Source of the DNA: the human T2T-CHM13v2.0 reference genome, Homo sapiens | Direction: 5' to 3' (one strand) | Assembly (NCBI RefSeq): GCF_009914755.1 | Contig: NC_060931.1 | DNA length: 64,000 nucleotides | Shown here: piece by piece, positions 14,454-32,925 of the stretch | Position numbering within the stretch: position 1 is the first letter of the stretch | How the letters are laid out: each line of letters starts with the position of its first letter | The notes under the pieces: generated by a model | What the model was told of the DNA's origin: nothing | Database searches by the model: none | The model's input: only the letters and a program-made list of their open reading frames with translations | Translations under genes and position numbers: made by a program

Positions 14454-16358
14454 TACTTATGCTGTGTGAAGCTGTCATCTAAGCCTTTAAGAATGAAGGC
14501 AGAAGTACTTCTTGGAAGAACACATGTGAATTAAGGAATGCTGAAGCTGCACCATCCTGAATTGCAGAATCTTTTCTGGGCTGCTGACAGGTGTCCCCAC
14601 CATCACTCTTCCCAGTGTGTGTCTGTCTGCCTCTCTCTCTCTTTTTGCTCTCAAGCCCTCTTCTAACCAGCCAGTCCCCTGTCTATGCTCACTCTCAGTT
14701 CCTGACCCCAACTTGCTGATTTATTTCTCTCCTAAATTCTCATCACTGGCTTTGGGATTCAGCCTTGATCTTTCCTCTTGGGCTTGACCCTCTTCTGACT
14801 CCTGGCCCTCTCTGTCCTTGTGCTCCCATCCGTCTGTCCTTGTTCTCCCATCTACTTAGCCCCTGCGGGACAATGGTAGCCCAGAGCTCCAGTGACATAC
14901 TTTCTCCTGGCAATTTTCCAGCCAGGCTTCTTGATTTGAGGCTTTCAATAGCTGATACACAATTGATAAATTCCATTTTCTGTTTCAATTTGTTCATTTA
15001 ACTTTAAAATCTTCAGAGAAATGTTAAAATCTTCAGAGACAATTTTGATGCAGACTAAATATTGAAGAAAATCATTTTTAATATCAATAACATATTAAGA
15101 TCCTATACAAATTATCAAGAAAAAGACAAGCCAGTAGAAAAACAGATAAGGATGCAACTAAACAATTTTCAAAAAAGCAAATCAAATAGCCAGTAAGCTT
15201 AGGAGAAGATGCTGAAATGCATTAATATTAAGGGAGACACAGACTAAGATAATATGCTATCAACTTAGACTCATCCAATTGGAAATTTTTTAAAAGGTAA
15301 ACATACCTTTTCGTGATATGAATTGAGGGAACATGTACTCTTACATTTTGCTTCTAAAACTGTCAATTGTTAGAAGTTTTTTTGGAAAGCAATCTGGAAA
15401 AATCTGTTGGAATTTATTAAATGCATGTACCCATCGAACAATCCATCCCTGAGGATTTAGCTCAAAGAAATACATGTACCAATACATAAGGCTATAGGAA
15501 AAAAAGGTTTAAGATGATTTATAATTCAAAAGCAAAACCAAAAAACTGGCAATTTAGTGAATGTCTATCCACACCAGGGTCTATTATCTACTTCTAAAGA
15601 GACTGAATTGGAGCTATTCTAGTTTACTTGTAGGTAATGCCACAAAGCTGAATGAGTAAAAAATGAATAATAAACCCCTGGGTGGGTAAGAGGTGGGGGT
15701 AGGAGATTAGTATTAGTGTGGAAAAAAGTATGATACATACCAGGTTGTGAACAAAAGAGATTAAAAAAAAAAGTACATGTGGAAAACAAGCAAAAAAAAA
15801 TTATACTCTATGAAACCCATATATGGCATGATACATAGTATGATTGTATATATGGTATAAATATATTGTATGATCCCATGATATGCATATACGTACATAT
15901 GAAAATTAGAGTAAATAACCAATTAGTTATATCTCTATTTTAGTAACCCATAGGGATACTCCTGATCTTTTTACCTGCTAAGCAAAAAGTAAACACAAAA
16001 GCAGCAGGTAAATATATGTATTATGATTCTACTTTGGTAAAAACAATTGAATCCCCACATATGTGCATCTAACCTTGCATAGGTTTGCACGAGCAAGGTA
16101 AAAGCTGTGGAAAGACACACAGGCTGTTATTAGCTACCTCAGGATACTGAGATTGAGGGTTGAGGTAGAGAAAAAGGGGATAATTAACTTCATACATATT
16201 TGTATCATTTCACACATTAAAACAGCAAGTCTATACTTCAAAAGTCATCAAATAAAGAAAACATTATATATCAATAACATTATCTTTAGCAGTCTAGTAA
16301 TGTACTTCTTTGTGGGGAAAAAAAAACCTATGAAGCGAAAAGAATTTCAAATCTTTAC

Positions 16359-16408
16359 CACTCTATTTCCATCTTCTTGGGCGACATGGATACGAAATTG
16401 TTCAATAT
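16359..16408 (-). CDS. GSAP: GSAP exon 8: YIEQFRIHVAQEDGNRV
   Basis: ttaaag|ATA...GTG|gtaaag; 50 nt. Confidence 0.95.
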
Positions 16409-17627
16409 CTTTAAAAGAAAAACAAAGAAAGATAATTTAACCTTAAGGAAATATATGAGTACTATTTTTGCCTAACTCTTGTAAAAACATTGTTATAAAA
16501 GCAATGCAGATTGAACAACTGGCCAGAAAAACAACACTATCACAAACTGTAATCTCACAACAGAGGTTCAAAAACTTTTTAAAACCCATTTTTCTCCATC
16601 CTCCCTTTACAGTTAATTTCAAGTCCTGCATTTATTCTGCTCCTCAATATCAACAATACATGAAGTATTTAGCCCTCCTGCTTCCCTGGGTTCCCTCAGC
16701 AAGTACTTGACTCCCCTATACCATCAGCGTTATATAGGGCTAACAAGGGCTTACTTAGCAGAGTTTATTCTTCAATTCCCAAATACCAAACACTTGTTTG
16801 TATGAACATACCAGATAAAAAACTCATTATACAAGACATTTTGGGGAAGCATTTTAATAGAGGTCAATTTCATGTGAACAAAACCCTGAACACTAAAGAC
16901 AATCTGTGTAGATGGTCTCTTTCTATCAGTAACAATTTGAATTCAGCCATATTTACCTTCTGCTGGTCCTAGTTACAAAACTGAGCAAGAGCTTAGAGAC
17001 TGAACAAAGCCTTACCCCTCAAGCCTGTCCTTCCAACTATAAACTAGCAGTTTCATCTTGTAATGCAAAAGACAGCTTACTAGATAAGCTCCACCAGTAA
17101 ATTCTGTCCTTCCTCTCCCTCTCTAACTTGAAACCATCATGGAAGGACATAACCTTTTATGTCCTAAACTTATTTGCCTCTACCTGAACCTGTCTAAGTT
17201 AGTAGGTCTTCTCAAGTTCTGCCATGGGATTCTTCTAGCTACTAAAATCTTCCCCTCTCTCCATCCAAGCATCTCCATATTATAGTTATCCACTATGACA
17301 GACATCCAAAAGACAGATGAACTAAAAATGACAAAAATGACCCATGCAACTTTCTACAAACATTCTACCATGGGACAAAATTGCAGATCCATGTATGCAA
17401 GAGCCCATCATTCCCAGGATGAGAAAGCTGAACACAGCCAAAGGGAACACCACTTGGGGGCCAAAGGAAAAGCCCTTCCCAAGGAATTCCAGGTCTCATA
17501 TGGACATCAAAGCTTAGCAGACCCTTGGCAATGGCAGGTGGATATCTAGAAGATTCAATCATGTACCACACTAGGAGACGATATGCCATTCATGAAATTC
17601 CCATATTCCACCTAAAGATACACTTAC

Positions 17628-17697
17628 ATTTCTCTTCTGAAATCAGTAACAGATGGTTCTCTGGAAGAGGATGACTTTCAATATGTGGGTAGAGAAA
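17628..17697 (-). CDS. GSAP: GSAP exon 7: FLYPHIESHPLPENHLLLISEEK
   Basis: ttacag|TTT...AAT|gtaagt; 70 nt. Confidence 0.96.
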
Positions 17698-17957
17698 CTG
17701 TAAAAAAGAAATTAATCATAATTGTAAGCAACTATCTTGCTTGAACAAGTATTTCCAAAGTTGTGTTTGATGACTGTACTATTACATACCATTGAAGAAA
17801 CTGGGAATCACAGAAGAGTTTAGGGGAATCACCTGCACACACACATTGCAGGTCAAAGCAAGCAAGAAAACAGAACACTTTCAGAACCTCAGTTTTCCAG
17901 AGGGGAATTGATCTCAAATACAACACTATCTTCACTTATTTTAACAGTAAGGCTTCT

Positions 17958-18258
17958 GGCTGGGCACAGTGGCTCACACCTGTATCCCCAGCACTTTGGG
18001 AAGCCAAGACAGGCAGATCACTTGACCTCAGGAGTTCAAGACCAGCCTGGGCAACATGGCAAGACCGCATCTCTACAAAAAATACAAAAGATTAGCCAAG
18101 TGTGGTGGCACGTGCCTGTAGTCCCAGCTACTCAGGAGGTTGAAGTGGGAGGATCACTTGAACCCAGGAGGTTGAAGTTGGAGTGAGCCAAGATCATGCC
18201 ACTATACTCTAGCCTGGGTGATAGAGCAAGACTCTGTCTAAAAATAAAGTAAAATAAA
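17958..18258 (+). mobile_element. AluJ-like
   Basis: Full dimer. Confidence 0.93.
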
Positions 18259-18372
18259 CAGTAAATGTTAAGGTTGAAGCTAATTCTAGGGATGGTACTT
18301 CCTATTTGGAATATTTGATTCTGAAACCAATCAGAAACAATGCAAACAACATTTATACAAAATGTTCTATTT

Positions 18373-18396
18373 CACACACACACACACACACACACA
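18373..18396. repeat. (CA)n microsatellite
   Basis: About 12 CA units. Confidence 0.95.
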
Positions 18397-20011
18397 GAGG
18401 TCGATATAGTCGTTGTGCAACTAAACCTAGTATATAATTTGAGAGCCAAGTAAATATATTCCCCACGACAGCTTCCAAAGTTCCACATCCAAGAGACAAA
18501 GCACAACATAACCAGAATTTGTCAAGAAAGAACAGTGAGTCATGGTGCCACATGAGTTGAGAATTTACAAGTCTGAAAGCACAGAACGACTGTCACCAGG
18601 AAGAAAAGGCTTAAATCCACCCCATTCCTCCTTCTCTGTGCTCTCCCATATAAGCCCACCACTATGTGTCTGTTTGCAGGACAAAGTAGGCTGCCAGCAA
18701 CACAAGTCCTGACCCCGTCGGCTGTGATAATGAGGAAAAACTGGTCACAGGATGACTCAAAAGGGCAATTGTAAACCAGCCATTTCATTTTGCAGCATGA
18801 AAGACCCGTGAATTTTGTTCTTTTCCTCACCCAAAACTTGAAAGTAATATAAAAGGGCACAACTTTTATGTCCCAATCTCCGAGTCATTAGTCTCACTAA
18901 ACTTAGGACAATTTTTTATTATTTCCTAGTGTCCTACCTTTGCATAATATCAGATTAAAAATAGTACTAGTCAAATTTTGGAACATTTATAGTTGAGTTC
19001 CCTTTTAGAAATGAAAAGCAAAACATATGCTTCACAGCAATAAAGTCAAAATTATAAAATAGCAATGCAGAATTCAGCTACAAAAATAATACAGAACTAA
19101 TTGTCTCATAATTTGTAAAATGTCACACATCAAACAAGATACTTTGTATACCAGAGTTGAGGAAAAGCAGAGATGAATGACACCACATATAGGATGGGAG
19201 AACAAATGTTCAGTGCCTCAAAATATGGAGATATCTGCTGCTATGGAAGATGGTATGGCCTCCCGGTCTACAGAGGTGGCCAGGGCATGCCTGCTTAGGA
19301 ATGTGACATGGACTGAGGTGCTGAAGAGGTGTAACTGCCAACCTCTAAACCTCTGCCTGGTCTTCCTGTGACAATCAGGGAGAATGTTATTTTAAAAGTC
19401 CCGTTCAGGTAGGTGTTGTTTTTCTTTCTATTATAAGGTGGTCCTAGAGTAAGGCCTGGAAGCCAAAAGTAGACAGGATTCAGACACAGCTCTGCAAAAG
19501 CACTCAAGGTTATTTTTTTTGTATTGTAAGTAGGATTCTATGCAGATTATATTTACTTTGAAAAATTTATCTTCACAAATATGGAGCTAGACTTAGAATG
19601 AATATTGGTCTTTGGAGGTCTGTAGTCTCGGTGTGTAGAGGGTGTGTAATTACCCACTGGAACTATCTTGAAGACACACCTTGTGCTGGAAGGAAACACT
19701 CAAAGGGTCCCGGATTGGGATCCAAGCCCCACCTGCCACTCCTGCTGAAGCTCCTCTGTGTAGGTTGTCAAGACTACACATGCAGAGTTAGGGAAATGTG
19801 CTGCTGGAGATCACCATGGATGTTTTTGTAAGAAAAAGGAAATTGATCCCAGGGCAAGACCAACTCAATGGACAGTAGATGTCATTTCTCTAGAGGCAGG
19901 AGGGAGAAGGCGGGGATTTGCCACTGGGGTTTAGAGGAGTTTCTCTCTCCAGAGGCAGAGACATGGGGGCAGAAGGCAGGGCTAGGGACTAAGATGGGGC
20001 CACAGAATTAG

Positions 20012-20385
<374 letters not shown>

Positions 20386-21024
20386 ACTTTTAACTTTTTA
20401 AAACTGAGTTCACATAACATAAAATTTACCATTTTAACCACTTTAATATATACAATTTTTGGTAGATTTTAATATATTCGCAATGTATACAACCACTTGC
20501 TTTTAAAAACTTTTCCCCTTTCTATGCTCCAATTCCCTTTAGTTACCCCAATCCTTCAGTCATGTCTCTACCATCTATATGGCCCTAACAAGATGCTAAG
20601 GAAGCCAAAGAACAGACCAGAAAAGAGAAGTGTGCTCTGTCCCCAGCCTCCCCACATTGATGACAGTGTAGACGGAGTAGCTTCCTGAGGGTAGGAGAAT
20701 GCAGCTTGGGAGCTTCAGGCCAGGCCATATCTGGAATTGAGGAGCGACCACAGTGCTGTCAGGAGTGGCGGGGAAATGCGCAGCTGAAAGGACTGGCTGA
20801 CAGGGGAGGACCCTGGGAAGAGAGAGACAACCCTCTCCCCTAACCCACTGGAATAGGGAGGCCCATAGGGTGGAGGCTGGTAATAGCTTGGGGGACAAAA
20901 AGGCAGATACTTTGAGTGGTGCAAATTGACTCTGGCTAGACCAAAAGAAATGATATTTTGACCCTGTAACAAAATGTGAAATTAGGCGAAAGGAAATTAT
21001 GCTGTAGCACTGTGTGAACACACA

Positions 21025-22013
21025 CAGTTCATTCAAATTATTTGCAGTAGTTATGTTCTGTAAAGTCACCACAAATGTCGTATACTGAATACTGAACCAT
21101 TGTTTCTAGGGAAAATACAAAGGGAGTTGATCATAATCCTGAAAGACACAATCCCAAATGCCATAATCCTAAATATTGAAATCCCAAAAGATCAAAATCC
21201 CAAAAATATAATTCTGGAAGAAAATAATTTTAAAAATTATTTAAAAGATGTATTGACATTTTTAAAAGAAGACTTATCTGAGAAGCAAAACACAAAAGAA
21301 CACTTCATAGTCCACTTTATACAATAAAATAGGCAATAATAACATACACAGTTTTGAAAGTATAGACACTCGTGTATACTAACTATCCTGTGATCATGGC
21401 TTTTGGGACTGTAGACTTTTGACCTTTCAGGATCTCAACATTCAGGATTATGGTGTTCAGGATTGTCTTTTGGGATTATGATCCAAACCCAAACAAGGAT
21501 AAATTCTTGGAAGCCTCTAGTCACAGCATGTTTGTCAACAGATCAGTATATAATTTTGTTTTGTGTGTTTCTATTTAAAGACACTCCTTAACCTCATGGC
21601 CAACAGCATAGTAACTCATGCCTGAATGAAGCTTATCTGAAACACATGTTTTCTCCCTAAGGCATCTGACAGCCTTCTTGCACTTAGGAACACTAGACGG
21701 TGCCTCAGCGCTATTCCTGGAAGCCGTTTAAACTGTGAAATCGCCAGGAAAAAGCACAAAAATTGAAAGATGGAACTAGGCCATGAAAACAACTGTCATT
21801 TTAGTATGAGAGCTAAAGCAAAAAAGGCAGGGCATCACCGTGTTCAACCTCAATTGCGAATGTGCATGTTGGGTGACAAATTCTTTCACCACTCAGCATG
21901 TATCTGCAAATAACTGACGAAGTACTATAAGTGTTTAATTTAGGGGTTACAAATAAATTTTAGGAGCAGCAGAATATGCAAATATGGAATCTGCAAATAA
22001 TGAGGAATGACTG
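21025..22013. mobile_element. MER82-like TcMar-Tigger DNA transposon, interrupted by a Ricksha element
   Basis: Termini cagt...attatttgcag / ctgcaaataatgaggaatgactg; internal sequence matches the MER82 consensus as I recall it. Confidence 0.75.
21122..21490. mobile_element. Ricksha (MULE-MuDR) non-autonomous DNA transposon
   Basis: TIRs ggga.ttgatcataatcc... / ...gggattatgatccaaaccc with internal aatccc repeats. Confidence 0.75.
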
Positions 22014-22412
22014 TATCTATGCCACCTACATTATACATGCAGTTTCTGCATCAACTCATGAAGTTGATAAATTCAGGGATTAAGCCATTTAACCATAGAT
22101 ACTTAATCTGTCAACCATGCAAATACATTATATTGACCATTTTAAAGCTTACCTTAAATGTGTTTTAATATTTGATATTTTATCATGAGAAAATATTACA
22201 TTACTAAGAAACAAACAGAGTTGGTGGAGCTAGCTTCGAGTTCTTAATTTCCATGCTTGCAAACAAAGAGCGGATACTTCCAGCCATAGTAGTCTACAAG
22301 ACTGTTCTGAGGATTAAATATGATAGAGTGAAAGTACTTTGTAAACCCCAATTCTTCTAGGCTGCATGCCTTTTGATTAATGAGATAAGTGATAAATGGC
22401 ATGCTTACTTAC

Positions 22413-22501
22413 CTGAACCCAAATATAGCTATCCACAGCCTTTAGAACCTTCACATTGTTAACAGGGTGGATTTCAACCAACAAAGTCAAGCACTTTGAT
22501 C
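22413..22501 (-). CDS. GSAP: GSAP exon 6: GSKCLTLLVEIHPVNNVKVLKAVDSYIWVQ
   Basis: ctgtag|GAT...CAG|gtaagt; 89 nt; visible inside ORF 22377..22580. Confidence 0.96.
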
Positions 22502-24391
22502 CTACAGAGAAAAGAAGGCTTTTAGTAACGAAGATTGTAATATCACACATTATTTTTTCCAAAGCAAGGAGTAAGAACAATTTCCGGTAAATCCTACTAC
22601 AGTGACTATAAACTAATAAAACAATTCTACCACCATCCTAGAGTCCTGTGAGGAGACTGAAACTGTAAATCTGTTCCCAGTTCTACTCTCTAGGATGTGT
22701 AGCGGCTCCAGGACCCCAAAAGAGCAATCAGCCCAGCAAAGGACCTGCCTTCCACACCCTCAGGAGCCCTGAAGAAGCTGCATTTTATTATGAAAACCAC
22801 AGGATACTCAAGAAATGCAAATGTGAAAAGGGAAGTCTTTGAACAGCCCTGGAAACAACAGTAGATACAAGGGAGACAAATTTCAGATTATAAGAATTCT
22901 GCATTTACAGAAAAGCATCACATTTAAAACACAAGTGGCTTCTGAATTCAAAGATCACTGTATATTACTTTGCACTCTCACCAGCAACATATAAGAGGGC
23001 CTAACGGGTTTCTAATGGATATCATTTTTCCCAATTATCACAATTCTATGATTTGCAAAAGCAGACATGTCTGAACTTTCTGAAAATATAAATATGCTAA
23101 CTATTGTATTAGCTATTCTACCAGGGGGAAAAAAAGGTGATTTTCTTAAAGTTTGACTTTAAAGTTTGACTTTGACATTTCTACAAATTCAACAGAGACA
23201 CAGAAAAGATCTCAAGGGAGAAATCAATGTGCACGGAGTGAAGAAGTTGTTTGTACTCACTCCATGCCATTTTTAGCATAGCTCCACAAGCCCTCTAGGC
23301 TTTTAAGTCTAAACAAACACAGTGCGATTCTCTGTCACTCCAATTCGGCAGCACAATGGCAAATATTGTTTGTGTAGGAAAATAAAAAGATTTCTGATAC
23401 ATGAACATGTTAAGGCTGACAGTATCTATCATTAGGACACAGGCTGGGTTTCCCTCAGGGACAGTGGTATAGCACTGATAATGACCCACTTACTTCTTCA
23501 GTGTCACATCTGAGCAAATGCCATAAAATACAGCAATCAGGAGGAAGTCCATGGACACAGGCTTCCCCGCATGGAGTTACCAAAGATATCTAAATTTAGG
23601 TCAAGGTTCCCCTTCCCCCAAGATTACACCGTAGAAAAGAAGGACTGGCCTTATATTTGAGCTTTTATTGAGACTCTAATATGATCCAGTGTCTCTCAGT
23701 GACTTCACTGTGAAAAATAATATACAAAATTTGGGGATGGCACAGAAGCGTGGAATTTAATCAGTGTTAGTTTTCAATATTTAAGAAAGCAACCTGAGAG
23801 CACTGCTTTATTTTTTGAAAAAAGCAAAGAACGTAAAACAATTTCTGAGCTATGTCCTAACAACTGGAAGGTCTGGATCTATCTATAAACATGCCTTTTA
23901 AATATTACTTGAAAAAGACAGTAAGTGAGTTATTATATTGAATCATATAATATACATACTACAGAACAAATGGAAATCCAATGTTTGGTAAATGGGTGCT
24001 TGTGGCTTAGGATGAAAATCCTAGTGACAGGATCTTACAACCAAGGGTATGGATGAGTTACTTTGGGAATCTACTTGATGACTCAAAAAATGGCTCCAGG
24101 AATAAGAAAGACATTGGTGTCAAAGATATTTGTGAAGAAAAATAGAATAGAAATGCTCTGTTGAGAGGTGAGTATGTGGGGGGGAAAATGAATTTTTCTT
24201 ATTGTTATCTTAAATGTGTATGACTAAATTAGTATATTAAATAGCACGAACTGACATTTTTTTGACCTAAAAGTATGTGTGTGTGTATGTATGTGTGTGT
24301 GTATATATATATATTTTTTTGACCTAAAAGTATGTGTGTGTGTATATATATATATATTTTTTGTTTGTTTGTTTTGTTTTGTTTTTTGTTT

Positions 24392-26279
<1,888 letters not shown>

Positions 26280-26602
26280 CTATCAGCAAGATTTTCTTAC
26301 CTTTAAAATGGGAAGATCTTTGAAGGCAGAAAACACCTTTCTACACTAATTTTTCCCTTCTCAAGTACAACCCAGACATTTGACTAATACTACTAGCATA
26401 ATAAGAGCCAACCTTTGCAAATAGTAATTTCTCTCAATAACATACCATGTGCTTTCACAGTGAAAAAGGAAGCATCGTGAATTAAGATTCTAGAGACATC
26501 AGTTCTAGTTTCAGTTCTGCCATTATCCTGGTATTTACTTCACAGCAAATCACCAAGCTTTCCTAGGCCTCAATGCCTCATTATTAAACATAATAAAACA
26601 TG

Positions 26603-27839
<1,237 letters not shown>

Positions 27840-28689
27840 TCAAGCTCTTGAACCGAATCACAGCTTCACAGAGCATCTGTGACACTTGACTGTCTATGAT
27901 GGTGAGAGGGAGTTCTGGAAAATCTCAGTGGCAATGGGGCCCCTGACCCATATGGTCACCCCAATTGCTGCCCAGTGGAAATCTGCTGTGACTTGTGGCA
28001 AATGCAACTCCACAGGGGAGGATGAAGGGGACAGCCAGAGCCTGGTTTCCTATGGAAGTCCATTTTCTCAGTAAAATATTCACTCTGCCATCTCTACAGC
28101 CAAGAAAAGGAGCATTACTGATTAAAAAAAGAAAAAAAAACTGCATTGTAAAGTATGTGGATCAAAGAACCCTGTTTACAAAAAAATGGTACAATTTGTC
28201 TCATCTACAGTGGAAAAATCTTATTTTAAGCAACAGTGTTAAACCCCACCTGAGACAAACCACATCTTATAATCAAATGGCTTGTAAGGCCATTTGATGG
28301 ACAGACAAAATAAACGTTTCCAAAATATTCGTTCAAATAAAACATTCTAATAAATCCTATAGTGCTTTCTGGTTACATCATCTGAAATCTTTACTGAACA
28401 AAATGAAACCTTCCCATGATGAGCAATACCTTTCATATACTGATGACTCCTAAATGTGCCTCTCCAGCCGTGACCTCTTACCTGGCCTTCTGACTCATCT
28501 CCAAACTCCACCTCACATCTCCACTGGGATGTCTATTAGGCATGTCAAACTGAGCAAGTCCAAAATGAAACTCTTCCTTCCTGCCCCTCCCATACACACA
28601 TACACACCCACATGCCCTTCTACCTGTTCTAGCCAAAAACCTTAAAGTGAGTCACGCTTGACTTGTCTCTTTTTCTTATGTTCCCATGA

Positions 28690-29032
<343 letters not shown>

Positions 29033-32000
29033 AGCAGCCAATCTTGACAAGTCGATCTTTTGAATACAGCCAAACACAGCCACTTAGCCCTTGCTTCACT
29101 TTACCAGTCCAAGCCATTAGACTGTAATAATTCTCTCCTTGCCCTGCCGCAGTCCATCTTCCACGCAGCAGCTACAGCAATCCTTTTATGAAGCAAGTTA
29201 GATCATGTCCCTGCTCAGTATGCGTATCTCTTCCAATTTTACTAGGAATGAGGGCCACACCTTTACAATGGCCTCCTTGAGTCTACGTGATCCATCTGCA
29301 CCTCACCTCTTTTTTCCTTTGCCCTCAGTTCCTACCACTCTGCCCCTTGTTCACTCCACTCATCTCACTGACCTCCTCACTATCCTTGAACAGCGAGTCT
29401 ACCAAGTATAGTCCTGTGATGACTGTTTGATCTGCCAGAAATGTGCTTTCTCCATAGCCTCGTGCTTGTTCCATCCCCACCTTCAGGTCTCTGTTTAAAC
29501 ATTCCCCTAATGGCCTTTCCTAGTATCATTCCCCAGATAAATTAATTGGACTCAAATCTCTGCTTCAGGCACAGTTATGGGGAAATTCACACTAAGATAA
29601 GAACTTATCTCAGGGAGCAATATAACTCTAGGATCACTCTAGCCAGCATTGGCATAAGAGACTGGGAAAAATGAAACAGGGAAGAAAAGTATACCAGTAA
29701 ATGGGGCATTATCAAATTAGTGACCACCTTGGATTTTAAGCTGCTTGGAGTACACCTCACAATTACCCACTTTAGAGATGGAAAGGAAGACCATTTATCT
29801 TTCAGCTCCTTGCCACCATTGGTCATGGGTTATTCTCCTGGGCATCATGCCCAACCATACTTCCAAGCTGTACATGTGTAGGCAGTAAATAGATTTTCCC
29901 AAGTGCCCTTGGCAGAAAGCAAGACACAGGTAGGGCAGCTGAGGCAAGGCACTGTCTCACTACACCTAGGCAGAGCTGGCCAACATGATAAAGTTGTGAG
30001 GTATCCAACACAATAACCAATAACGTTCATTGCACTGTTTCTAAAGATGCAAGCAGATCATCTCACTATAAGTGCATCAAACTTACAAGACTGAGCAAGC
30101 ATCCCTGAATAGACTTTAATGTTGTAATCAGGTAAAATTTAAAATTGGCCTGAAAGTAAATTTTATAATCTACATAATCATAAAGGACTACTGTTCTGTG
30201 TGACAGTCAGGCATAGATGGTGAACAATAGACAGATGTAAAAAATGTAGTTACTACTCAGTTTCCCAACACAATAAAGAATTTTTAAGGCTAAAAAAATA
30301 AGGCTCAAGAAGAACTGGGAGGCACAGGAGCCAACCCAAGTTTCTACACAGATGCCCACCCTCACCACCTCCAGGAACACAGCAGCTAGGCCTTTCCTCT
30401 TCTTGGAGAAATGGGTCTATTAGCCCAAAGGTCACAGCCATATCCTGGGGTTTTGCCCATACCCTTGTTTTAAGGGTCAGAACACTAATGTCCCAGATCG
30501 TATTTCACTTAAGCTATTCCAGTTCCATCTCCTCTGAAGCAAGCCCTGCACTTAATTCTAAAAGGAGCAGAGAGTGCTGACAGTACTGGGAAAAGGAGGA
30601 CATGGCACCAAAGACGGAAGGGGTTGTTCTCAGTATATCATGGCAGGGGGAGGGTAAGGATGAGCAATACAAATGATGAGATTTCAGATGAGCCTCCTGC
30701 CCACCAAATCTCCCATAAACAACTTTACTGAGGCCCCCAAGAAGGTCCCTTGCAGACTAGGCTCTGGGGAAATGTGTGTCATGAGAAGCCTGGGAGTGCC
30801 TCACAAGCCTCATGTGGAAAGTAAGTACAAAGGGTTTTTCCATCACATGCAATGGCAGGAAAATACATCTGAGTGGGAACTATGCTAACAAAAGAAGTAA
30901 TTTAAGAAGGAATTTAAGTGTCAAATAAACAGAACAGATGGAAAGCACCTGGGAGCAGAATAGTAAGAGATTGATAGGAGACCCACTAGGCCAGAAGTTG
31001 ACAAATGGTAATCACAGGCTGGCTCCAGCCCACAGGTGGTTATTATTGTCCCAAGTACGATTTTTAAATAGATTCAAGCCAACATTTACAAATTCGATCT
31101 TTACAAAAAGCTCCAGACTTCCCTTGATAAATTGAAAAGCCAGTTCCACTGGACTTGCTAGTGACAACAAAAAGCTAGAGCTGAGTAGTGGCTCCCCTTC
31201 TTGAAAGTCCCCCATGGGGCATCCCTACCCTACTACTAGTCCCTATATCTCTTGAACTTTTTTTTTTTCGTTAAAGAAAAAAAATATTTCTTGGTTTCTA
31301 TGTTAAAAATGGAAAAAAAACAAAGACATTCTGCTGGTCACTTGATTTTTTTCTTACATTCAATCTGCTTCACATATTTACATGGTCTCTCTGGCCAATG
31401 TATGCATTTGCAATTGAAACCCCAGACTAGACTGAAAGCCCCATGAGGGTAGATGCCTATACCTCTCTTACACACCATTGTATCCCCAGTACCATGCATA
31501 ATGCCTGACCCCCAGCAGGCACTCAATACTGTTGAGTTATAGACAGAGGGATGACTTACAGCAGTTTTTAAAAGGTGGTGGGGAGGGGCCAGGGAGCATC
31601 ACATAGCTACAAAACTATAAAGTGGGCCTTGGCAAATGAGCAGAATTAATCTTTAGTATTGGTGTAGTACTTACAATGTGTTAGGTATTAATCAATACCT
31701 AACCAGATATAAGAAAAGATGCATTCTTGACTTTCCCTATCTTTTATACCAACATCTGACCATAGGTTTCTACTTCAGCACTTATTTAGCCTGCAGGTAC
31801 TAATTACCATCTTAATACTTCTGCTGAATCACTGTTAGAACATTGTCTGTCCTTTTCTGTTTGCTTGAAAAAAAAATTTTTTTTAAGTCTTTTTCATGCT
31901 TGACATGACCTTTGCCTTTTATTCTGAGATACGATAAGGCTATTTCTAAAGATGCTTGAAATTTGATTTGGTAGTATAATAAATCATCTACCAATAACCT

Positions 32001-32039
32001 TCATCTACCCATAGGTACTAAAAAGTGTAATTTCATTAC

Positions 32040-32093
32040 CTGGTTGAAGTTCGTTCCTTTTTCCTTCTTTAGTAGACTGAACTAAACTTGCAG
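32040..32093 (-). CDS. GSAP: GSAP exon 5: AASLVQSTKEGKRNELQP
   Basis: attag|CTG...CAG|gtaatg; 54 nt. Confidence 0.96.
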
Positions 32094-32403
32094 CTAATGG
32101 AAAAAGAAAAAAAATCCATTAGCAATTGATCCATATGGTAGCTTGTTAAAGTTTACCAGTTTAAACCTGAAATAGATGAGGGCTCAAAGGATATGTCAAC
32201 GGAAGATAAGGGCAGAACACAAAGCATTCTTTTTTGTAGGTATATCCTCTACATTCTTTATTTCAAACTTAACTTCTCAAGAACATTTCTTTCCTAGGAA
32301 ATTATTGTTATAGAATAATTTAATACTGCAAAAATCTAATACTTTGAAACTCTTGAAAGATGTAGTTCAGTTCTTGACATGTAGCAATAAGAGCTCAACT
32401 TAC

Positions 32404-32473
32404 CAAGCAAAGTCCTTTCACTGTTGACAGAGCAACTGAAAACTTGCAAGTCTTTCTCAAAGGTATATAGAAG
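32404..32473 (-). CDS. GSAP: GSAP exon 4: LLYTFEKDLQVFSCSVNSERTLL
   Basis: aatag|CTT...TTG|gtaagt; 70 nt. Confidence 0.96.
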
Positions 32474-32689
32474 CTATTAAAACAAAAATATTTTTTAATT
32501 TGAAGTTTCATACATTAAATAACAATTGTATGAACATAAATTCCCATTAAGCTCTGTGCTAAGTATTACTGGGGCAAAATATTTTGGTAAAGAATCAAAC
32601 TAGTTTAGCTATGCTGACACATTCCAGAGTACTCTTTACCAAAAAAAAGTTTGCTATTGTAAGCCATGTTGGCACCGATATTTAGCCAT

Positions 32690-32925
32690 GAGACAACCAA
32701 GTATAGTGGTTAACAGCATAGACATTGGAGCCCAGCTAGATCCAGGTTCAAACCCTGACTCTATCACTTGCTAGCTGCGTGACCTTGGATAAATTATTCA
32801 GCTTCTCTATCCCCCCATTGGTAAAATAGGAATCATAACATCTACTCATGGGATTGTTAGGAGGATCAAGTGAGATAATCTACATGAAGCACTTAGTGCA
32901 ATAAGCACTCAAATGTTAGCTATTG
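32690..32925 (+). mobile_element. MIR
   Basis: ggttcaaaccctgactctatcacttgctagctgcgtgaccttgg... Confidence 0.85.

Noticed and set aside
23257-23400. Minus-strand GA|GTGAGT donor suggesting a cryptic exon in intron 5
   Set aside because: No convincing matching acceptor, and exons 5 and 6 already join in frame.
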